Notes under the pieces: generated by a model
The model's database searches: none
Told to the model about the DNA's origin: nothing
Seen by the model: the letters and a program-made list of their open reading frames with translations, nothing else
Translations under genes and position numbers: made by a program
Source of the DNA: Gemmatimonadota bacterium
GTDB lineage: Bacteria; Gemmatimonadota; Gemmatimonadetes; Palauibacterales; Palauibacteraceae
Direction: 5' to 3'
NCBI GenBank assembly: GCA_963666735.1
Contig: OY762926.1
Location: 384,001-448,000, forward strand
Length of the DNA stretch: 64,000 nucleotides
In this document: positions 58,139-64,000 of the stretch, one piece after another
How positions within the stretch are numbered: the stretch's first letter is position 1
How the letters are laid out: each line of letters begins with the position of its first letter

Positions 58139-59765
58139 GCCGACCGGGCTCGATCGGGCCACCGAGCCTTCGGAGGCGTCCGATTCCTCCCGGGCGACCG
58201 AGCACCGGCTTCACCCGCTGTCGATCGGTTTCTCGCTCGCGGGCCAGGTCCGGCGTGCGATCCTCCCTCTGATCGTCGGGGGCGCGTCGGCCAACTTCCT
58301 CGGCGGCGTGGAGATGCGTTTCGTCCTCCTCATCGGACTCATCCCGCTCGTCGTGGGGTCCGTCGTTCGCTACCTGACCTTCCGGTATCGGTACGAGGAG
58401 GCGGAACTCGTGATTCGGAGCGGGCTTCTGTTTCGGCGCGAGCGGCACGTCCCCTACACCCGGATCCAGAACCTCGACGCGGTGCGGGGCGTCTTCCATC
58501 GCGTGCTGGGGGTCGTCGAGGTCCGGCTGCAAACCGGCGGGGGGCAGGAACCCGAGGCGACGCTGACCGTACTGCCGCTGCCGGCCCTGGAAGCGTTGCG
58601 ACAGCGAGTCCGCGAGGGAAAGCGGGAGGCGGCCGGGGAGATGACGGCCGCCGAGGAGGGGACGGCTGAGGAAGCGGCCACCGCCAGATCCCACGAGCCG
58701 CCGGTGGACCGCACCTCGGCCAGAGCGGCGGGGGGTCGCACCCTGCTGCATCTTCCCGCGCGCGAACTCCTGCTCCACGGCCTGCTCCAGAACCGCGGCA
58801 TGGTGCTGATCGCGGCCGCCTTCGGCATTGCGTGGGAAACCGGGCTCTTCGAACGGGCCTCCGACTGGGTCGCCGGGGAGCAGTCGTGGATCGGCCCCGC
58901 GGTCGAGGGCGCGGCCGCGGACGTGGTGGCAGCCGGCATTCTGGCCACCGTGGCCGCCGTGGGAGCGCTGGTCGCCGCCTTCGTGATCCTTGCGCGGGTG
59001 CTTTCCATCGCCTGGACGCTCGTACGCCTCCACGACTACCGCGTCGTGCGGTCCGAGGAGGGGCTGCGCGCCACATTCGGCATGCTGACGCAGGTCGCCG
59101 CCACCATCCCGCTGCGCCGCGTTCAGACGGTGACGATCCACGAGGGACTGCTCCAGCGCTGGGCGGGCCGCGTCGCGGTCGGCGTCCAGACCGCCGGAGG
59201 CAGCGGCGGGCAGCCAGGCAACGCGGATCCGCACCGGCACCGACTCGCGCCGATCCTGCGGCGGGAACGCCTGCGCGACTTCCTCCGGGAAGTGATCCCC
59301 GAACTGGACGCCCCCGAGGTCCGTTGGGAGCCCGTGTCTCCGCTCGCGTTCCGGCGCGTGGTGCGGGGAACGTGCTTCGTCGCCACGCTCGCGTCGGTTC
59401 CGCTCTACCTCACCCTCGGCGCCTGGGGCGTGGCCTTCCACGCCGCCTTTCTGGCCTGGGCCGTGTTCTACGCGCGGCGGTACGTTGACAGTCTCGGGTG
59501 GGCACTGAAGGACGACATGATCTGGTTCCGAAGCGGCTGGCTGTGGCGCCGCACGACGATCGCCCGCTACACCCGCATCCAGGTCGTGGCGCTGCGCGCG
59601 TCGCCGCTCGACCGCTGGCGCGACCTGGCGCGGCTCCGCGTGGACACCGCGGGCGCGGGCGCCGCCACCCACAAGGTAGACATCCCCTACCTGCCCGTGG
59701 CCACCGCCCGGGATCTGCGGAGGCACCTCGCCGCCGAAGCCGCTCGCACCGCCTTCCGCTGGTGA
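58128..59765 (+). CDS. Membrane protein with repeated bacterial PH domains (YdbT-like)
   Basis: RLHPLS; three P..RIQ/RVQ...TAG repeats. Confidence 0.85.
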   Translation: MPSEPTGLDRATEPSEASDSSRATEHRLHPLSIGFSLAGQVRRAILPLIVGGASANFLGGVEMRFVLLIGLIPLVVGSVVRYLTFRYRYEEAELVIRSGLLFRRERHVPYTRIQNLDAVRGVFHRVLGVVEVRLQTGGGQEPEATLTVLPLPALEALRQRVREGKREAAGEMTAAEEGTAEEAATARSHEPPVDRTSARAAGGRTLLHLPARELLLHGLLQNRGMVLIAAAFGIAWETGLFERASDWVAGEQSWIGPAVEGAAADVVAAGILATVAAVGALVAAFVILARVLSIAWTLVRLHDYRVVRSEEGLRATFGMLTQVAATIPLRRVQTVTIHEGLLQRWAGRVAVGVQTAGGSGGQPGNADPHRHRLAPILRRERLRDFLREVIPELDAPEVRWEPVSPLAFRRVVRGTCFVATLASVPLYLTLGAWGVAFHAAFLAWAVFYARRYVDSLGWALKDDMIWFRSGWLWRRTTIARYTRIQVVALRASPLDRWRDLARLRVDTAGAGAATHKVDIPYLPVATARDLRRHLAAEAARTAFRW

Positions 59766-59928
59766 GCATCTCGCTCAGGCGCCGGCCAACGTTGTCCGCA
59801 GATCCGTGGTGGCGTACGGTGCGCATCCGAATCATGGAGGGCTTGTGGCGAGTAGAGACACGCATGAGCAGACGCTTGGGGGTGCCGGGGTGTGGAAGGA
59901 ACCGCTCCGCGCGCAGCGTGCGAGTGGC

Positions 59929-60354
59929 ATGAACGCAGTCGGCGAACCCCCCAGGTGGCGGTACAGGTATCGCAACTTCACGGGCGCGTTCACCCTGTTT
60001 CGCGAGGCGGCGGGCAGGGAACCGGGGTCGTTGAACGACCTGGAGCGCGAAGGGTTGGTCCAGCGCTTCGAGTACACGTTCGAGTTGGCGTGGAAGACCC
60101 TGAAGGATCTGCTCGAACACGACGGCGTCCAGTTGGCGACCGTCACGCCGCGCCATGTGATTCGCGAGGCGTTCGCGGCCGGGATGATCGATGACGGCCA
60201 GGGCTGGCTCGACATGCTGACGGATCGAAACGCGATGGCGCACGAATACGATCGCGCCGCCTTCGAGACCGTCGCGGCCCGAATCCACGGGCAGTATCTG
60301 CACCTCATCGAGACGGTGTGGATGCAACTGGGGGAGCGGGAGACGGACTCGTGA
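59929..60354 (+). CDS. HEPN toxin / nucleotidyltransferase substrate-binding protein (HI0074 family)
   Basis: QRFEYTFELAWK; RNAMAHEY (Rx4HxY). Confidence 0.88.
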   Translation: MNAVGEPPRWRYRYRNFTGAFTLFREAAGREPGSLNDLEREGLVQRFEYTFELAWKTLKDLLEHDGVQLATVTPRHVIREAFAAGMIDDGQGWLDMLTDRNAMAHEYDRAAFETVAARIHGQYLHLIETVWMQLGERETDS

Positions 60355-60683
60355 TGGCTCCGCCGCCGATCTCGGCTCGCGCCGTCCTCGACGACGGCTT
60401 GCTGGGGAAGCTGACACGGGTCTTCGCGACCTATCCCGATCTTGAGTCCGTCACGCTCTTCGGCTCGCGCGCCACGGGAACGGCCACTCCCCGGTCGGAC
60501 ATCGACCTCGCCACGAGGGGCATCCGCGATCGCCGCACCCTGGGCCGGCTCATTCTCGACCTCGAGGATCTCGACGTGCCGCAGAAAGTCGACGCAAAGG
60601 CCCTCGAGAACATCCGATACGCCCCCCTTGTCCGGCACATCGAGACGGTGGGCGTCGTGATCTACCGACGCCCGACCCCCTGA
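60354..60683 (+). CDS. Minimal nucleotidyltransferase (MNT) antitoxin
   Basis: LFGSRATG.....SDIDLA (GSx10DxD); coupled to the HEPN gene. Confidence 0.88.
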   Translation: MAPPPISARAVLDDGLLGKLTRVFATYPDLESVTLFGSRATGTATPRSDIDLATRGIRDRRTLGRLILDLEDLDVPQKVDAKALENIRYAPLVRHIETVGVVIYRRPTP

Positions 60684-60711
60684 GCCGAGTCCCGCCAGGG
60701 CGGCGGCCCGG

Positions 60712-62658
60712 TCAGGGGCTGCTGATCTCCTCGCGGAGGGCCTCGACGCGCCAGGAGAACTCCTCGTCCAGCTTCAGCGCGGTGCCGATCTTCACGAACT
60801 GGATGTAGCCCTCCCGGTCGACGAACCACGTGGTCGGCCAGGCGCTCACGCCGGCGCGCTCCACGTAGTTGTCGTCCACCAGCACCGTGAAGTCGAAGTC
60901 GTTCTTCGCCAGGTACTCCTCGATCCCCTCGCGGCTCCCGTTACGGTTCTCATAGAGTGCTTCGAGCGCCGTCTCGTTGGGGTTCTCGCCCCGGCTCGCG
61001 CCGAATCCCGCGATGTAGGAGTCCTCGGCCCGGTCCAGCCACGCCGTAGCCGCCTCCACGTCTCCTCCTTCCTCCGCTTCGGCGGCCAACTGCTCGTATA
61101 CCTGACCCGCGTGGTACCTCGCGTCGCGGTTGCGATCGGCGAGCGCCAGCGCCCGCTCGAGCACATGTCGTCCGTCCTCCGCGCGGCCGGCCTTGAAGTA
61201 AGCCCACCCGATCACGTCGTAGACGCCGCTCAGGTAGGATCGAAGGGCCTGGTCGAACTCGCCTTCCGTGTCGTAGAAACGGCGGGTCTCCATCACGCGC
61301 TCCAGCATGATCGGCATGCCATTGCGGACCATATCCGCCGCTTCGAGCGCGTATGGCGTGTGGTCGATCATCGCGAGCGGAGCGTCCCCGTAGGTGATGT
61401 GGGGATTGAGGCGTTCGTACTTCACGAGCCCCCGGATCGCCTCGGCCAACTCTTCCGCCGGGACGGGGTCCATCGCCTGGAGCGCCGAGTAGAGATCGAG
61501 ATAGATGCCGCCATTGAAACGGTCGCTGTAGAGCGGTCGCTCCAGGTAGCGGTACGCCGCATCGCGAACCACAGGGAGTTCAGCGCGATACTCCGGCGAG
61601 TCGTCGCCGTGCGCTTCCCACATCTCCTGTCGCTGCCTGCTTGCTCTCCGGGTCTCCTCCAGGTAGACGAGCATCGCGTGATAGCCGCCCGGATCGTTCT
61701 GGACGATTCGGGCCTCGAGTTCGGCGGCGCGCTCCTCGTTTTCCATCTGCCGGTACATGGAAGCCATGGTCTGCAGGCCTTCGACGGTCTCGGGGCTCGC
61801 TGCGCGGTATGCCGCCATGCTCGCTTCGACCGCCGCCTGCCGCTCCTCCCCGGGAAGGAGGTCGGACATCCACAGACCGCGCCAGTGCTGGCTCCGCACT
61901 TCCCCCGACCCCGGCGCGAGTTCGAGGGCCGCTTCCATGAGCGGCGTCCACTCGTCCATGCGGCGGGCCTGATAGGCCTCGTTGGCGAGCCTCGTGTACC
62001 CCAGAACGTGGTCCGGGAACTTCTCGTTGAGCACGGCCCATGTCGCCCGGCTGGAATCCGCCCACGCGGGGTCGTCCATTTCATAGCGGGCCTGGGACTC
62101 CAGTTCGGCCCGCATGCGGAGCATCTCCGGCCAGCCGCGGGTCTCCTCGTCCAGCCCTCCGAGGAACTTCCACGCCGCCTGGAAATCGTCGCGCCGCAGC
62201 GCGTTCAGGTAGAGGAACGCGAACTCGGGCTGCGACGACGCCTCCCACGCCTCGAGGGCCATCTCGTGGGCGGGTCCGGCCTCGTTGTCGACGAGGTGCG
62301 CGTACGCCCTGGCGTAGATGCCCCACGGATTCCCGGGGTCGTCCGCCAGAACCGCGTCGGCTTGCTCGTGGATCTCCTTCGACAGCCCCCAGCCCACGAG
62401 CTGGTAGGCGTAAAGGCCTCGGAGTTCCGCGTCGTCCGGAGCGCGGACGACCCACGCTTCCCCGAACAGTTTTCCGGCCTCGAAGGTGCGCAGCCGCGCG
62501 TGGTCCCGAAGTTGGGCCTTCGCGGCTTCCAGTTCCTCCGCGATGTAGTCGGGCGGCGTGGCGCCGTCCCCGCAGGCTCCAAGCAACGCGCTCGCGGACA
62601 CAACCAGCGGAAGAATAGGTCCGACCTTCGAGCCGGGACGGCGGGAACGCGTCGACAT
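60712..62658 (-). CDS. TPR-repeat lipoprotein ending in a partial TlpA/thioredoxin domain (CxxC half missing)
   Basis: Lipobox LGAC; TPR helices (YD.IGWAYFK.G); tail DFTVLVD...GV.AWPTTWFVDREG with no CxxC. Confidence 0.65.
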   Translation of the reverse strand: MSTRSRRPGSKVGPILPLVVSASALLGACGDGATPPDYIAEELEAAKAQLRDHARLRTFEAGKLFGEAWVVRAPDDAELRGLYAYQLVGWGLSKEIHEQADAVLADDPGNPWGIYARAYAHLVDNEAGPAHEMALEAWEASSQPEFAFLYLNALRRDDFQAAWKFLGGLDEETRGWPEMLRMRAELESQARYEMDDPAWADSSRATWAVLNEKFPDHVLGYTRLANEAYQARRMDEWTPLMEAALELAPGSGEVRSQHWRGLWMSDLLPGEERQAAVEASMAAYRAASPETVEGLQTMASMYRQMENEERAAELEARIVQNDPGGYHAMLVYLEETRRASRQRQEMWEAHGDDSPEYRAELPVVRDAAYRYLERPLYSDRFNGGIYLDLYSALQAMDPVPAEELAEAIRGLVKYERLNPHITYGDAPLAMIDHTPYALEAADMVRNGMPIMLERVMETRRFYDTEGEFDQALRSYLSGVYDVIGWAYFKAGRAEDGRHVLERALALADRNRDARYHAGQVYEQLAAEAEEGGDVEAATAWLDRAEDSYIAGFGASRGENPNETALEALYENRNGSREGIEEYLAKNDFDFTVLVDDNYVERAGVSAWPTTWFVDREGYIQFVKIGTALKLDEEFSWRVEALREEISSP

Positions 62659-62842
62659 CGCACACCTCCGGGGCGGGGACAGCCCGAGCCTCGCGCGGCC
62701 CGGCCTCTCAACCTGTACAGACGTCGACATCACCAAAAGGGTTTTCCGCACACCGGCGCCCGATCCGATATCACGTGAACCCGCGGCCCGCCGTTGAGAT
62801 CCCGTTGAGCCGGAGCCGGACATCCATCGTATGTTGCCTGCG

Positions 62843-64000
62843 ATGATCGAGCCCCGCGCCCCCGACCCCGGATCCGTCCTGCGCGACGTCTTCGGCTACG
62901 ACGAGTTCCGGCCGGGACAGGCGCACATCATCGATTCCGTCCTGGCGGGACGCGACTGCATCGGCGTCATGCCCACCGGCGCGGGGAAGTCCCTCACGTT
63001 CCAGATCCCCGCGCGCCTCATGCCGGGAACCGTGCTCGTCCTCTCCCCGCTCATCAGCCTGATGAAGGATCAGGTCGATGCGCTCCGCGACGTCGGATTC
63101 CGGGCCACGGCGATCAACTCCTCGCTCGCCCCCGACGAGCGCCGGCGCCGGCTGCGGGGATTCGAGCGCGGGGACTACGAACTCGTCTACCTGGCTCCGG
63201 AAGCCCTGGGCCCGCACATGCGGGAACGCCTGCGTTACGCGCCGCTCTCCTTGATCGTCGTCGATGAGGCGCACTGCATTTCGCAATGGGGACACGACTT
63301 TCGTCCTTCCTACCGGGCGCTTCAGGGACTGCGCGACGAGATTCGCGACGAAGGCGCGGGAGGGAACGGACTGCCGATTCTCGCGCTCACCGCGACCGCC
63401 ACGCGAAGGGTCGCTGCCGACATCGTTCGACAGTTGGGCATGACGAAGCCCGAGGGATACAAGGGTTCCTTCTTTCGCTCGAACCTCCGTGTCGTCTGCC
63501 GAAAGAAGGGGGAGGGGAATACGCGGGCCGAGATTCTCGGGCTCATCCGCCGCCACCGGGGCGAGAGCGGGATCGTCTACTGTCTGTCGCGAAAGTCCGT
63601 GGAGCAGATGGCCGAGTTCCTGCGGCGGGAGGGCGTCGATGCCGTCCCGTACCACGCGGGACTCGACGACGACGCGCGGGCCGAGCATCAGGACGCGTTC
63701 GCCCGCGACGAGGTCGACGTGGTCGTGGCGACGATCGCGTTCGGGATGGGGATCGACAAATCGAACGTGCGCTTCGTCATCCACCGGGACATGCCGTCGG
63801 ACATCGAATCGTGGTACCAGGAGATCGGACGGGCGGGGCGGGACGGGCTCCCCAGCGACTGCGTGCTCTTCTACTCGTGGGCGGACGTAAAGGTGCGCGA
63901 GCGATTCCTCGCCGAAATCGACGATCCGACCGTGCGCGAGGCGAAACGCCGGGCGGCCGTCGACCTCTTCCGGCTCGCGGATCGGGACGCGTGCCGCCAT
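62843..64000 (+). CDS. recQ: RecQ family ATP-dependent DNA helicase (runs off the right edge)
   Basis: Own translation: FGYDEFRPGQ, MPTGAGKS, SPLISLMKDQV, DEAHCISQWGHDFRP, TAT, YHAG, ATIAFGMGIDK, QEIGRAGRDG. Confidence 0.93.
   Translation, partial: MIEPRAPDPGSVLRDVFGYDEFRPGQAHIIDSVLAGRDCIGVMPTGAGKSLTFQIPARLMPGTVLVLSPLISLMKDQVDALRDVGFRATAINSSLAPDERRRRLRGFERGDYELVYLAPEALGPHMRERLRYAPLSLIVVDEAHCISQWGHDFRPSYRALQGLRDEIRDEGAGGNGLPILALTATATRRVAADIVRQLGMTKPEGYKGSFFRSNLRVVCRKKGEGNTRAEILGLIRRHRGESGIVYCLSRKSVEQMAEFLRREGVDAVPYHAGLDDDARAEHQDAFARDEVDVVVATIAFGMGIDKSNVRFVIHRDMPSDIESWYQEIGRAGRDGLPSDCVLFYSWADVKVRERFLAEIDDPTVREAKRRAAVDLFRLADRDACRH

Noticed and set aside
62771..64000. 409-aa minus-strand ORF at the right edge
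   Set aside because: Antisense shadow of recQ, which carries the RecQ helicase motifs on the plus strand

Overview
High-GC bacterial chromosomal window. Secreted hydrolases, 6-bladed propeller lipoproteins, many toxin-antitoxin modules and a DmdA-like gene suggest a marine, possibly Gemmatimonadota-like organism (inference only). All family assignments come from motif recognition, not database searches. Most of the window is catabolic or housekeeping: GH2, asparaginase, M28/M20 peptidases, an SSS transporter, a cyclase, amidohydrolases, AcnX, nudC and recQ. Main highlights: (1) A selenoprotein gene that the ORF track truncates (49566-50147, minus strand). It has an in-frame UGA in a U-G-S-C-T-S-C motif and a SECIS-like hairpin 11 nt downstream, and is coupled to a CxxC thioredoxin-domain partner. 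(2) A decayed DISARM-related defence island (~38.7-47.5 kb). Its SNF2, methylase and DUF1998-helicase genes appear collapsed into in-frame fusions. Cargo includes a Schlafen/AlbA_2 protein, a Fic protein, and a three-domain Abi-NTD/nucleoside-deoxyribosyltransferase-like gene split by an IS3 that can be rejoined in frame. The island also has a pair of 39-bp dif-like or promoter-like direct repeats. (3) An ABC-ATPase + TOPRIM-like gene pair inserted in front of AcnX. (4) Two complete IS elements with IRs and target duplications. (5) A recurring pattern of in-frame internal deletions. No rRNA, tRNA or CRISPR array was recognised.
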